A DNA stretch of 44,711 nt from Octopus sinensis. Its lineage: Eukaryota. Location of the stretch: the NCBI RefSeq assembly GCF_006345805.1, contig NW_021834877.1, positions 1 to 44,711 on the forward strand, given 5' to 3'. The position numbers and the translations under genes are program-made. The notes beneath the pieces are model-generated. The model did not search any database, was not told where the DNA came from, and saw nothing but the letters and a program-made list of their open reading frames with translations. Below, piece by piece: positions 1 to 13,272 of this stretch. How positions within the stretch are numbered: the stretch's first letter is position 1; every line of letters begins with the position of its first letter.

Positions 1-82
1 TAACCTTGTACTCTTTTCCTGTAATGTCTTGCGGTGCATTCTTGCACATTCTACTAGAAATCTTCCTGTAGTGTATTTTTGT

Positions 83-382
83 GTGGAGGCACAATGGCCC
101 AGTGGTTAGGGCAGCGGACTCGCGGTCGGCGGATCGCGGTTTCACGGTTTCGATTCCCAGACCGGGCGTTGTGTGTGTTTATTAAGCGAAAACACCTAAA
201 GCTCCACGAGGCTCCTGCAGGGGAGGCAGGTGACCCCTGTTGTACTCTTTCGCCCCAACTTTCTCTCACTCTTTCTTCCTGTTTCTTGAGTAACGCTACG
301 ATGGACATGCGCCACAGAAACCGGGAAACCGGGCCCATGAACCTGGCTAGGCTTGAAAAGGGCGCATAAATAAATAAATAAG
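83..382 (+). mobile_element. tRNA-derived SINE, family A, full length with target-site duplication
   Basis: A-box-like TGGCCCAGTGG (95-105), B-box-like GGTTTCGATTCCC (~146-158), (TAAA)n tail, and a 12-bp direct repeat GTGTATTTTTGT at 71-82 and 383-394. Homologous to 33105-33410 and 43095-43455. Confidence 0.9.
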
Positions 383-709
383 GTGTATTTTTGTAATGTC
401 TTCTTGGAATAATATTGTATCGTCTCTTAGTCTTTTTCTTATAGTGTATCCTTGTGTTTTATTCTTATAGTGTCCGCTTGTAGTTTTCTCTCGAAGCCAG
501 GGTCATCCTAACATCTGTACATATTACCAACCCTTACTAGATAAAGCCGAAGCAGAGGACATCTTTCTCCCCGCGCCACCACTAAATATTCATTGCCATC
601 ACATGAATGAGCGCAGGAAGCTACAAAATTTTGAAACATGTCATTTCATGCCCGCTTCTAAATCTATCTGTCTGTCTGTCTACTTACATATGTATGTCTG
701 TGTACAGAC

Positions 710-836
710 ACATACATACATGCATACATACATACATACATACATACATACATACATACATACATACATACACACACATACATGCATGCATGCATACATG
801 CATACATACATATATTTATCTATCTATCTATCAACA

Positions 837-895
<59 letters not shown>
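710..895. repeat. Compound microsatellite (TACA)n/(TC)n/(TA)n
   Basis: Directly visible tandem repeats; they explain ORFs 603..902 and 607..897. Confidence 0.95.
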
Positions 896-899
<4 letters not shown>

Positions 900-1017
900 T
901 AGAGATAAAACCACTGTTATGCAACCCAAATAGTGATGGACATAAACCAAAACATAAATAAGAAATAATATATATTTTTATTGAATTTTTCCGTGTAAGT
1001 TTGGAGTTATACTCCTT

Positions 1018-1053
<36 letters not shown>

Positions 1054-1077
1054 CAGATTTTTTACACACACACACAA

Positions 1078-1126
<49 letters not shown>

Positions 1127-2134
1127 GTGTGTATGTGTGTGTGTGTGTATGCATGTGTATGTATTCTTCAAGTTATAGCTTTGTTTTAGAAGCTTGAATA
1201 AAGTAGATGTGCGTGTGCGTTTTGGTGTGAAATGACGAGACTAAAACATGATTTATGTCGAAGAAGAGCAAAAGGCGAGACAGGAGACTTTTGGGTGTAG
1301 TTTAATCCAATCACAAATCAATCTTTTATAATATGTTAGTGAGACGAAATAAAAAAAATACATATTTCATTACTAAACATCACCTCGTTGAATACATTGC
1401 TTTTTAAAAAAATTTTAAATATAAATGTCGGCTGTCTTGTTTTTCTGTTTCGTTACTGACGAGCAGACACGTATTAGTGATTAACCAAGAGGAAATGATT
1501 GGTGAAAAAGTAAACTTCACAGCAGACAGAAATAACGATGAAAAAAATTTCCCAAAGTAGCCTGCATTGATTAAAAAAAACCAAGATGAAAGAACTAACG
1601 AATACAACTATAAAGACAGAAAATAGAAACATCAACACCAACCAATTATGACAAGACAAAAAGTACAGCAGCGAAAATGCTAAAAAGGAAATAGAAAAAT
1701 AGAAACGTAAAAAAATTGACCAAAACTATAGTTTGACAGTCAAGGCTGCATAATTGGAAAAAAACTATTGAATTCAATGTTCTGTGAGATTCCATGTAGA
1801 ATTCTCCAATCATTTCATTGATGTTACTGGGTCTCTGTTCCAACAGAAAAAGTTGGTCTTTGATAAACATATATTCTTTAGATCTGAGCATATATTTTAT
1901 TACGGTAAGACTTTTTATGGTTACAAATGATATTAATTTGACAATAATTGCATGGGTTTAGCGGATTTGTTTGGGGGTGGGACAAAACTCAGATATAGGT
2001 TATCTTCAGGCTCTTTACGTTCTAAGGAGAGATGTCGCAGAAGTGCACTTAACCTTTTAGCTTAGTAGTTTCTTCGAAATGCAGTAACGGTCATGTACTC
2101 TTATCTATGGTACTGACAAACCCTCACTAAGGAC

Positions 2135-2350
2135 CCTTCCGAGCCATAGATTCATAAGGCCGTTTTCCTGGATTCTGTAGTATATACATCCCCTCTTGGA
2201 TGGGGCGCCAGGTCCTTCACAAGATTACTCATTTTTGCCAGCAGAATGGACTGGAGCAATATAAAATGAAGACTTTTTCTCAAGAACATAACGGACCAAC
2301 TGGTCCAGTAATGGAGGCCACGATCTAACGAATATAAGTGTAACATTACA
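2135..2350 (-). mobile_element. Diverged SINE copy, family D
   Basis: Co-linear similarity to 20584-20831 (CCTTC-GAGCCAT...CATAAGG-CCG-TTTCCTGG...ATTTTTG-CAG...TGGACTGGAGCAA...CTCAAGAACA). Confidence 0.65.
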
Positions 2351-2580
2351 ACCAGTATTTCATGACCACGAGTGCAACACCATTAAGACATCTGCCTCCA
2401 ATCGGAATATAGGACATTATCATGTGTACTAAGCGAAAAATCCTGTTGTTGTGTTGCCTCTGTCCACTACGTTAGAGGAGAATTATAATTGTCGCTAAAT
2501 GTGATTAGGTTGTTAAAAAACACATACATTGCTAGAAATAAGAGCTAACTTAGAGTATATATAAATTTCTCTGTCTCTCT

Positions 2581-2622
<42 letters not shown>

Positions 2623-2625
2623 TAT

Positions 2626-2918
2626 TCTTTACTCTTTTACTTGTTTCAGTCATTTGACTGCGGCCATGCTGAAGCACCGCCTTTAGTCGAGCAAATCGAC
2701 CCCAGAACTTATTCTGTGTAAGCTTAGTACTTATTCTATCGGTCTCTTTTTGCCAAACCGCTAAGTTACGGGGACGCAAACACACCAGTATCGGTTATCA
2801 AGCGATGTTGGGGGGACAATATAATAGAAGACACTTGCCCAAGGTGCCGTGCAGTGGGAATGAACCCAGAACCATGTAGTTGGTAAGTAAGCTACTTACC
2901 ACACAGGCACTCCTGCAC
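2626..2918 (-). mobile_element. SINE family B with central deletion
   Basis: 3' half (TTGTTTCAGTCATTTGACTGCGGCCATGCT...) joined to the 5' head (AGAAGACACTTGCCCAAGG...CCACACAGGCACTCCTGC); matches 16278-16686 in reverse. Confidence 0.9.
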
Positions 2919-4089
2919 TATATATATAAATTTATAATTTTAAAGACAATGTAGATACACTATTTCATAGACGATGTAATTATTTCTGAATAATTACATC
3001 ATTCATGTTGAATCACCGTTGGGCGTGATGTATATCAGATCATAACAGAACTGGAAATTATATTGAAATGCAATGATTGTGTGTGATTATCACACGTGCT
3101 ATGATTATTAACCTATCCTAACGAACTAGTTTGGCTATATTTTATGTATTTTTACAGAATTAATGTCACGTACTTAATATTTATGCCCAAAGTAAGAATA
3201 TCTTTTCACGAATTTTAAAGTAATATTAAATTTTATTTATTTACGTATAGCTCGAAAATTATGATGGTTAAGCTAAATAACCATAATAAAAAAAAAATCA
3301 TATAATTTCACAAAATATTTAAATGATAGAAATACAGAAATATAAAAAAAAAAAAGAACTGAATAAAAATTGAAATGAATAGAAAAACCAGAAAGTTGAC
3401 TGTTGAACAATATTATTTTCGCATTACCTAGAAATGAATGAAAGATTGAATGAATATTAATGAATGAATTCTTTAGAATGATGTGGAGAAATAAACATGA
3501 ATAATCCTAAGATATGGAAACCTTTAAAACAGTTTATAATTAACTTTGCTTCACTCAAATGGGATACGGTCGTTGTGTTTAATATAAACGAAATAAGATT
3601 TTGTGTAAACAACCAAAATAGCGATATTCAACTAGAAGGATGTTTGGAAAATTAAACGATAAAAGAAGACGAAAAAGTCAAAACAGAAATAATACTGTAA
3701 AGCAAGCATTAAAATTCCTAAACCCAAGAAATCCAAGACAAGAATAGCAGCATCCCTGTTCTGCTAACGAATTCAACTCATCAACAGCTGCGAATATTAC
3801 ATTCAAAGTCAGCAAAATAAACAATTATAGACAGACCAGCACGTATGGGGAGCATGTAAGAGTTCGTTTAACTGTACATGCGCGAGAATAAGTAACCAAA
3901 CTCCACTCAGTCCTAACCTACCCCATCAATTTTTTCCAGATATAGTGTTTTCAAGATATTTATGATAACACATACACGCGCACACACATATATATACATA
4001 CACACACATATACATATGTATGTATGTTTTTATGTTTGCATGTATATATGTATGTATGTATATATCTATCTATATCACTGTTTCTCTCC

Positions 4090-4136
<47 letters not shown>

Positions 4137-4145
4137 TATATATTT

Positions 4146-4891
4146 TGCTGAGTTGCTGTAATGAGACAATCTTTCTGAAGCTTCGTTGGATTGCTTCAAG
4201 TTCCGCTCTTAATTTTACGCTGTGGCGTGACCATAGTTGGGAGCAGTAGTCAAGGCGGCTGAGGATGCATGTCCTCCAGAGGACTATCATGATTTCCTTC
4301 TCTCAAGTTCTGAAGGTTCTCAGGATCCATCCAGCAAGCCGTCTGAACTTTGTCACCATCTTGGTAATGTGCACTTGGAAAGAGGTATCACCACTCATGT
4401 CAACACCCAGGTCTCTCACTGATTTTGGTTCTGGGATTGTAATCCTCGCTTAGCCAGTGTACCCAGTAAGTTTTTCGTTCAGTTTTGGGCACTGGTAGCG
4501 CAGGGCTTGGAATTCTTCAGTATTAAACTGCATATTATTGTCCTCAGCCCATTTGTAAGTTGCGTTCAACTCCTGCTGCAGGCGTGCAAAATTGTATTTT
4601 CTGCGAGACTTCCGTATCGTCTGCGTAGCTAGCAAAGATGGCTTTCCGAACAGCTTCGGGCCACTATGAAAAGCAGTAGTCCCAAGACAGTACCCTGTGG
4701 AACACTAATTGCATTTTCTTTGAGGTGGCTCCATTTGTCACCACTGCCTGACTTCTATCGTTCAGAAAGTCGAGTAACCACCCTCTAAGTTTTCCACCTA
4801 TGCCAAGATCACGCAGTTTGTGGCATATCATACCATGATCAACTTTATCAAAAGTTTTTGGAAAGACAAGGTATATTACATCCACATTTGA
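4146..4891 (-). pseudogene. Decayed non-LTR retrotransposon reverse transcriptase (CR1/L2-like LINE)
   Basis: Minus-strand motifs in the correct order with frameshifts and stops: VDVIYLVFPKTFDKVDH, GVPQGTVLG (~4680-4705), SYADDT (YADD at 4627-4616), WAEDNNMQFN, VRDLGVDM, RLDYCSQLWS...LEAIQR. Confidence 0.9.
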
Positions 4892-4938
4892 GTATATACA
4901 TACACACACAATATTGTACATTTGTGTGTGTTCGGTAT

Positions 4939-5179
4939 TGTTTATATCCCTCGCACACATACATACATACATACATAGATACATACATACATACATACAT
5001 ACATAAAGATATACACATACCTATGTATGTGTATACTTTTGTTTGTGCTTGTTTATATCCCCCGCACACACACATACATACATGCATACATACATACATA
5101 CATACATACATACATACATACATGCATACATAAAGATATACATATACCTATGTATGTGTATACTTTTGTTTGTGCTTGT
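4939..5179. repeat. Local tandem duplication, two units of ~112 and ~129 bp each containing (TACA)n
   Basis: GTTTATATCCC...ATAAAGATATACA(C/T)ATACCTATGTATGTGTATACTTTTGTTTGTGCTT repeated at 4939-5050 and 5051-5179. Confidence 0.85.
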
Positions 5180-5532
5180 GAAGGAACTCTGTCGTTCCTT
5201 CACAAAATTGGGATTAAAATAGTGGATCATTGGACAAAATTTTTTGTTATATTCAATTTCGTCGCTTTATATTTTGAGTTCAAATCTCACAAAGATTGAT
5301 TTCCGTGGCCTATAAAAAAGTTATAATGAAACAACATTTGAAATTAATCAATTATCCTAAATTCTTAGCGAAAATTCTTGTTGTTCTCGTCCTTGCACAC
5401 TACGCTTCTTGGACTTTGGTGCACTTATATCACTTATATGTGTACCTATCCTCCTACGGACGAATATACATATATATGGTTTGTAGATTTGTAGATTAAG
5501 GATTTGCAATAATTAGATATCAAAAATAGATG

Positions 5533-5604
5533 TCGCGGTGAATAGCTTCGACCTACGGACCTCTTCGTTATGGGCGCAGCGCACTTCCACAGCGCCATTC
5601 TGTT
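5533..5604 (-). pseudogene. tRNA-iMet (CAT) pseudogene or tRNA-derived relic
   Basis: 72-nt reverse complement AACAGAATGGCGCTGTGGAAGTGCGCTGCGCCCATAACGAAGAGGTCCGTAGGTCGAAGCTATTCACCGCGA aligns without gaps to the animal initiator tRNA pattern (AGCAGAGTGGCGCAGTGGAAGCGTGCTGGGCCCATAACCCAGAGGTC...). The acceptor stem does not pair. Confidence 0.75.
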
Positions 5605-6240
5605 TATTGAACAATTAGGCAAGTAAGGTATATGTTACTTCGTACATCGTCTGTTTTGGGTTTCATAACTTCTATTACCTCATCCATTATGTTATTTATT
5701 CATTTCTATGCGTTGGATTGTTTCAAATGTATGAAATATAGTAACTATACAATACTTGCTGCAACACAGGGATCTAAACTTACCTACTGAAAGGCGACAT
5801 TTCACAGTGCTTATACTCCGAGAGTCACATGTAGCAAACCTTATCCACAGATCTATCCTTATAGCTGCAAACTTTGTGGGTGCTATTTCATTTTATTTAT
5901 TTTCATAACAGCCAGGTTCAAAGTAATTCAGTAAATGTTTACCCAGCACGACATAGCAAGCGAGCTTTCTAGTAACTTCACTGTCCAAAATGTCTGATCT
6001 TATATAAAAGTTGGCATATTTATCATCTTTCCAAAGGTTTAAATCGGTGATTCTCAACCATGTCTCATCTATGGACCCCTTGGATTTCCATTTTATTCAG
6101 GTGGATCCCCATAACAGTTCGATGTTTTAAAAATGCAATAAAAATATTATAACTAAATATTATTAGAAATTCTATAAAGTATTTCGTTTTTGGATTTGGT
6201 TTGCAAGATTCTTTGTATGAGTTCGTGTGTTGAAGCATAT

Positions 6241-6425
6241 TCTGTTGTGTCTGGGGAGAGTCATTTTCTTTTTGTGCCTTATAATGTAACGCACTCAACG
6301 GTAAAATTTCCACTGTTTTCTTATTTTTTATTTTCCTAAAATTTTCGTTGCGTATTACAACCTTTTCAATATTTTTGACGCTTATAAGGCACGAAAAGAA
6401 AATGACTCTCCCCAGACACAACAGA
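6241..6425. mobile_element. MITE-like hairpin with 44-bp inverted repeats
   Basis: TCTGTTGTGTCTGGGGAGAGTCATTTTCTTTTTGTGCCTTATAA (6241-6284) versus its reverse complement at 6382-6425, one mismatch, 97-bp spacer. Confidence 0.75.
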
Positions 6426-7039
6426 CTATAAAGAATTGATAAAATATGTGTTCATTATAAGAGAATAACTTATTTAGTGCACATAAATTTTAACAACAAA
6501 ATCTTATAGGAACTCCCAAGGGTCATGTGGACTCTGGTCCTCAACCAGGGCCCACACAAATAATAATTTTCACCATGGAAGTATGATCCTTTTTATCGCG
6601 GTTGTATAAGAATATTAATGAAGTTAAATTGATCAATCACATGTCTGAACACCATTCTAAACATTGACGAAATCGGGAAAGACTTACACTCTTATTCCAG
6701 AAAATGGTAATTCATTGATTGAATTGAATATCATGAGACACGAACTTGTCAGGCATTATCACCATACCGTCAAAGACAAGACTTAATCCGCAATGCTTTT
6801 TATCATAATATTCTCAGCATTACTTTCAAATGAAGGAGCTTAAAAAAAGCAAAAACAAAAACAAAAAGCATGCCACCGATCTTTCATTGTATTTGGTATT
6901 CAAATCATCTTTATTCGATTTAAGTGCTGACATATTTCTTTGTTGTAGTAATTGATGTTGCTTAACTTCCTGTCGGCTATCAAAGGCGTTCCATCTGTGA
7001 CTATTCCGCATTTAGATATTCAGATATTTATTTTTTGGT

Positions 7040-7448
7040 ACAGCTGTGAGGTTAAGAAGCTTTATTTGCAAACACATGGTTTCGAGTTCAGTTCTACTGT
7101 TTGGCACCTAGGGAAATTTTTTCTGTGATAAACCTGGGCCTTGTGAGTGAAATGTCTAGACGAAAACTGTATGGAAGTCCGTGATGTGTGTGTGTGTGAG
7201 GGAGAGTGTATTTGCGTTTGTTCCCACTACCACTTGAAAAGCGGCGTTTGTTTGTTTACCTCCTCTTTATGTCCTCGTGTCCGAGCAGTTCGGTAACAAT
7301 AAAAGAGACCGATAGAATAAGAACGAGATTAAAAAAAAAGAAGAACCGATATCTACTGGAGGTCGATTTGTTCGATTAAAACGCTCCAAAATGGTGACCC
7401 AACATGGCTGCTGTGCAATGACTGAAATAAGTAAAAGATAAAAGATGA
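7040..7448 (+). mobile_element. Old, diverged SINE family B copy
   Basis: Degenerate head, internal (TG)n, and 3' module AAAGAGACCGATAGAATAAG...GGTCGATTTG-TCGA-TAAA...CAATGACTGAAA-AAGTAAAAGA. Confidence 0.75.
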
Positions 7449-8540
7449 AAAAGTTGCTCTTTTGGGGTTTTTTAAACGTTTTGATTTGTTAGAAGCGGAA
7501 GAGAAACAACCAAGAAATCTTAAAGTGATTTTGTGACTGAGGGAGGGAATTATGCTGAAAACATTGACCTGCTCCGAATCTTTACAACAGAGTAGACGCC
7601 ATTAAAACACCCAAGGACCTGTAGCTAGGTTTAAACCAGGCGACGGTTCAAGTCACACGTCAAATAACAGCCATGTTTTCCCTTGAAGTACTTTCAAAAA
7701 TGTATGCGTCAACCACATTCCGTTTAGAAGGTTTTGACTGATCCGAAACGTTGGTTGCATGGACTTTTGTTCGGACGTTCGAAACTTAGATGCCTGCTGC
7801 TGCTGAAGTGAAATTTACGCTGAAATCACGTGATACAACAGTGCCATATGTAGGTGCTACGCGGTAGGAGTCAAACCCGAAACCAGTCAATTGGGAAATG
7901 AACGTTATAAACCATGGAATATATATCTGTTTAAGACTGTAAATTTGGATGTGAGGAATATTGTGGTACAATTTCTACGAGGACAAAGAACCTACTACAG
8001 TGAGCTAGAAACATATGGATATAGGAATGTGCGTGTGTGTGTATGTGCGTTCTAATAAAATTAGTTCCTGTATTTTTGGAATGATGGAATGTGTATTTAC
8101 TTTCGATGCCCAGCACGTAAAACATTATATATATATATATATATATTATATTGAAGAGAGCTTAATGTTGCTGATTCAGCGATGACATTTTGCAAAGGTG
8201 CGCAAGACTTTTGTAAATTGTGCAAAATATTTGGAAAGCTTGCCAAAAATAAATTCAGATTTTTTCCGTTCCTTTCTTTCTCTCTCTCTCTCTCTCTCTC
8301 TCTTCCTGTCGTACATATATAGACGCAATTATGGGCACACACACACACACACACACAGATTTATAAATATATGTACGTGTACTTCAATATGTGTGTGAGC
8401 ATGTATTCTCCCCGCGTGAGTAGGGGTGTCTGTGCGCAAGCAGCTCTTTCATCTTATTAGGCTGAACGGTTAATCATACATACATACATACATACAAACA
8501 TACCTACCTACCTACCTACCTACCTACCTACATACATACA

Positions 8541-8573
<33 letters not shown>

Positions 8574-8595
8574 GTGTGTATGTGTATGTGCGTGT

Positions 8596-8731
8596 AAGGC
8601 GCGTGGCTTAGTGGTTAGGGTATTTGGCTTACGATCGTAAAGTCGTGAGTTCAATTCTCGGCGACACTTTGTGTCCTTGAGCAAGACATCTTTTTCATGC
8701 TACTCCAGTCCACTGCCAAAAATGTGTAGTA
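8596..8731 (+). mobile_element. SINE family D, 5' part
   Basis: GGCGCGTGGCTTAGTGGTTAGG (A-box), GAGTTCAATTCTC (B-box-like), GTGTCCTTGAGCAAGACA, CTCCAGTCCACT; homologous to 20584-20831. Confidence 0.8.
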
Positions 8732-9845
8732 CCTATATATCAGCAAACCAAATTTCGTCAACACCCACGGGTGGGATAGCCGTATTACATGATAAATTGC
8801 ATATCATCAGCAACAGGCACTCAAAACATTTTCTGATATCGGTCTCATAAATTTTCGATGGGGCATTCGAAGCTTCGATACCTGCTACTTATGATGCACA
8901 ATTTACGCAGAAATCATGCGATACAACAAACCCATCTGAAGATGCTAACGAGATTTCGTCAACCAATACAGTCTGTGCTTTTTAAGCACCAAACATCTAC
9001 ACGAGATAATTACATCGGACGATCTCTGTAGACATCGGAGTTCTTAACAGCACATCCAGGTAAAGGTAGATGTACAAATTAATATTCATCTCGATCGCTG
9101 CTTCCGCCTCTAATGGCTACTATAAACATGTTTTTTCCCTGAACATGTCCTGCTGAAATTGGACAGCGTGTGATATGAACGTGCGTATTTTATGCACAGT
9201 ACACATAACTATATGTGAAATCGTGTGTGTGTGTACAAGTGTATCTGTGCATCATACCGCAAGTATATACGCTTGAAAACGTCTATTTCATATCTTCAGG
9301 TTCGCTCCTTCTTTTATCTCTATTTACATGCTGTATGAAAATCATCCACATAGATCTTCAGAAGAGAAAAGTTACTATCTCTAACGGAAACAATAACAAA
9401 CAAAAAACAAAAAATAAAAAAGAAAGGTTAAAATCTAGAATAGAAAGCAAAATATTCAAAGATAATTTTTGGCACCTATCTTTCATATTCTTCTGATTCC
9501 TTATTCGATTGTCGCTTTTAGCGGATATCATCGCCGTATTTTCTTTTATCGCGTGAAAGAACCTGCTTAATATATGCTGTGATTCATGACATTTTAGTAT
9601 CGCCAATATCGCAGCATCTGGCATCTTAATGTAGCAGATGCGCCAGAAAAAACAGTAGAATTCTAAAGAAGGCAAATTGAAGCATGTACAAAGCAGATTA
9701 TATATGTATGTATGCATGGCAGGCATGTATGAACGTATGTATGTATGTATGTTTGTACGTATGTATTAATGTAGGCATATACGTACCTGGTATGTTTGTA
9801 TGCATGTACGTGTATATGTATATATGTATGTGTACGTACACTCAT

Positions 9846-9879
<34 letters not shown>

Positions 9880-9917
9880 GCATGCACATGCATACATATA
9901 TACGTATGTAATATATG

Positions 9918-9988
<71 letters not shown>

Positions 9989-10105
9989 ACACATACATAT
10001 ATGTACACACACATGTGTATACATATGTATGTGTGTATGTATGTATGTATGTATGTATTATTATTATCTTTATTATTATTATTATTATCATTATTATTAT
10101 TATTA

Positions 10106-10141
<36 letters not shown>

Positions 10142-10622
10142 CATCATCATAATCATTATTGTTGTTGTTATAATTATTGCTATTCCTAGCGATTTTATTT
10201 TTCTGCTTCGTATTTCTTTCGCCGAGTTCAAACAGGATATAACTGGAATAGCAACAGAAGCAAAAGAAACAAAAGAAGCGAGAGAATCAGCCGAAGCCCA
10301 CACAGCAAGAAATAACAACAAACAACAGCAACACTCCTCCACGTCTGCCGAACCGATCGGTGTAAACAGCGGGGGATATGACGATAAAAAAAGGACACTG
10401 CTTATGTTAATACCAAGGTGAGATATTTCTTTACCTGAGATTCTATCTTTCGTAAAGAATTTTCTTTACGAGGATGTTCATACACAATTGCATTCGTTGA
10501 AATAAAATATCACATATTAAAGAGTGTATATGCACAGTATATAATATATATGCATATGTATGTTGCCTGTATATATATAATATATATTATATATATATAT
10601 ATATATATATGTTGCCGGTATA

Positions 10623-10682
<60 letters not shown>

Positions 10683-10684
10683 CC

Positions 10685-10730
<46 letters not shown>

Positions 10731-12048
10731 TGCTTTCACCATGCAATGCATGATATTCTTTTCATCAGATATTCCGATGATGATCACCTCGATACCACCG
10801 GCGCCTTCTGACTGTGTACCTTCCGTACAGTGAAGCTGAATGCCAGAGGTTTCCCTGGTTCTTATACCTGCTGTTTCGTTCTTCTTGTGATCTGTAAGAA
10901 TTACGGCTACACATCGAGGACAACTTTATCGTTTTGTTTTAATGGCTCAAACCTTTAGCCATATGACATAGGATTTTCGGATCTCCAAAATTGCAAATAA
11001 AAGACCCATTTCCCTTTAACATGATGTCGTCCAACATAGTGTAGATCCTCATTTCCTTATGGAACTCATTTTCAGTTGAATGTACTAGATCAACGTGAAA
11101 TAAACTGTCTTGCTCATTGGCACAACTCAGAAATTAACCCGGGAACCAATTGCACGACCGAACGATGTTAATTAGACTCAGCAACCTGTTTACTCACATT
11201 TACTTCTGCTTTAATAAGTATTTTTGTTCATTTTATATCATAATGCTCCCTAACAAGATACATTCCTTGTTGCAGTGTAGTGGCTTAGAAATCACAATGA
11301 CTCTAAGGACTATCCCAGCAGTTTCAAGTACTTCGTAAGGCCTCCCATACAGGATATGTCATAGGTAAAATCCAGACTAATATAGACCATCTCGTTCCTG
11401 AGTTAAAATGGGTTTGCAAAGAGCCAAAACTCCTACGTAGAAAAAAACCCACACCACACAATGCTATAGAAGCATTAATGACAATGCAAAACGAACAAAA
11501 ATTTGGAATCGAGAAGAATGGAGAGAACTCGTCGATTGTCTATTGGGAGTGAAGGACTTAATGGCAATATCAAAATATGCAAGCAAACATAACGTTGGTT
11601 ACAGTTTTCCAATGGACCAATCAGGGACACATATTTCTGACAGCCAGAATGACAAGCTTTGACAGGTCACAAACTCGTGAAAAGATGTTTGTTGATATGA
11701 TAAATACATTTCTTGGTTGGCATCTTTTGAATTGAATCACTCAATGAAATATCGGAGACAAAGACGACCGCAAAGGGATTTTTATTCAGAAAATGAAGGA
11801 GCGTAACTCAATATAGCTACGCATTGTGTTTGACATCTTTTCGATCATGTTTCACGTTTTATTCTCAGTAAATAAAAGAAATCATTCATTGCTATTTTTA
11901 TTGTTTTTTTAAATTATTTTTTCGATTTTTAAACGTAAGATTCATAGACGCAATATGGCCGAATGGTCGAAAAGTTCACTCCTTTGTTTGTGATTTCGAT
12001 TCTAATGCGTAGCATCCTGGTCAAATGTCGATATCTATAGATTCAGTA

Positions 12049-12270
12049 AAGCGGTGAGCTGGCAGAATCGTTAGCCCGACGGACAAAATCCTTAATGGCA
12101 TTTCGTCCGTCTTTATGTTCTGAGTTCAAATACCGCTAAGGGCGACTTTGCCTTTCGTCCTTTCGGGATTCGATAAAATACATAGCAGCTGAGCCCCAAT
12201 GGGATCGATGCAATCGACTTAGTCTACAACCCAGAAATTTTTGGCCTTGTTTCAAAATTTGTAACCAATG
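12049..12270 (+). mobile_element. SINE family C
   Basis: GCGGTGAGCTGGCAGAATCGTTAGC head, TGAGTTCAAAT B-box-like motif, GACTTTGCCTTTC-TCCTTTCGGG central domain. Confidence 0.85.
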
Positions 12271-12995
12271 TCATTCTCCTTCATGTCGTGTGAGCAAAGA
12301 AACTTTTATAGGATTGATCAGCTTTCTAGAAGCGACAAAACCACATATTTTCCTCAATCGAAATATGGCAAACACCCGGGTGAAGGATTTCTTGTTGTTT
12401 TCGTTTATTTATCATGATTAGGTAACGCAGAGTAAAGAACAATATGGACCTTAAGTAAGGCTAGAAATGGTAAAATGTAAGGAATGCTTTATTAGTTTCT
12501 TAGACTTTACAATACGCGCTGTTCTGGAGGTGGTGGCGGTGGTGATGGTGATGAGGGAGGTGATGGAGGTGATGAGGTTGGTGGTGCTGCTAGTTTTAAT
12601 GGTGGATGGTATTTTTGTCAGTTTGAAAATCCATGTATTATGTGACCTAACGTTACTGACGAATTTATCGATATAAGAGAGATACATAGATGGATTGATA
12701 GGCAGAGAGAAGGAAGGAGAGAGAGAGAGAGAAAGAGAGACAGAGATAGAGAGATAGAGAAGGAGAAAGAGAGATAGAATGGAAGCTAAGATGAAAGAAA
12801 ATAAAGTAGATATGCCCCAGAATGGCTGAGTCGAAAGACTAATGTTCATAAGAGATTAAATGATTAAAAGCGGATAACTATGTTTGCAGACACATACACA
12901 CATATATTACACATACACACACATACGTATATATACATATACATTCACACGCATATATGTACGAGTACATGTGGATATAGTTACATATATAAATA

Positions 12996-13027
<32 letters not shown>

Positions 13028-13121
13028 ATTTACACACACATATATATATATACGTATATATATATATTTGTAGATTTATATATAAATATATATATATTTG
13101 TAGATTTATATATATATAAAT

Positions 13122-13272
<151 letters not shown>

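Noticed and set aside
7710-7757. CAACC...AGAAGG...CCGAAACGTT-GGTTG hammerhead-like string
   Set aside because: Stem I and GAAACGT are present but the CUGANGA core is unrecognisable; too decayed to call.
8740-9070. GIY-YIG-like (SVLFKH...NYIGRS) or Kelch-like peptide, plus a CAG|GTAAAG donor
   Set aside because: Only 3-4 residue coincidences, stops in every frame and no good acceptor.
10103-10342. Signal-peptide-like minus-strand ORF (CCCCLLLFLAVWASADS)
   Set aside because: GTG start, hydrophobicity comes from the antisense of an A-rich tract, and it runs into (ATA)n repeats.
10725-10772. Minus-strand CTGATGA...CATGC-ATT-GCATG-GT-GAAAGCA hammerhead-like string
   Set aside because: No U at the UH site, a 9-nt unpaired spacer after the core and no stem I.
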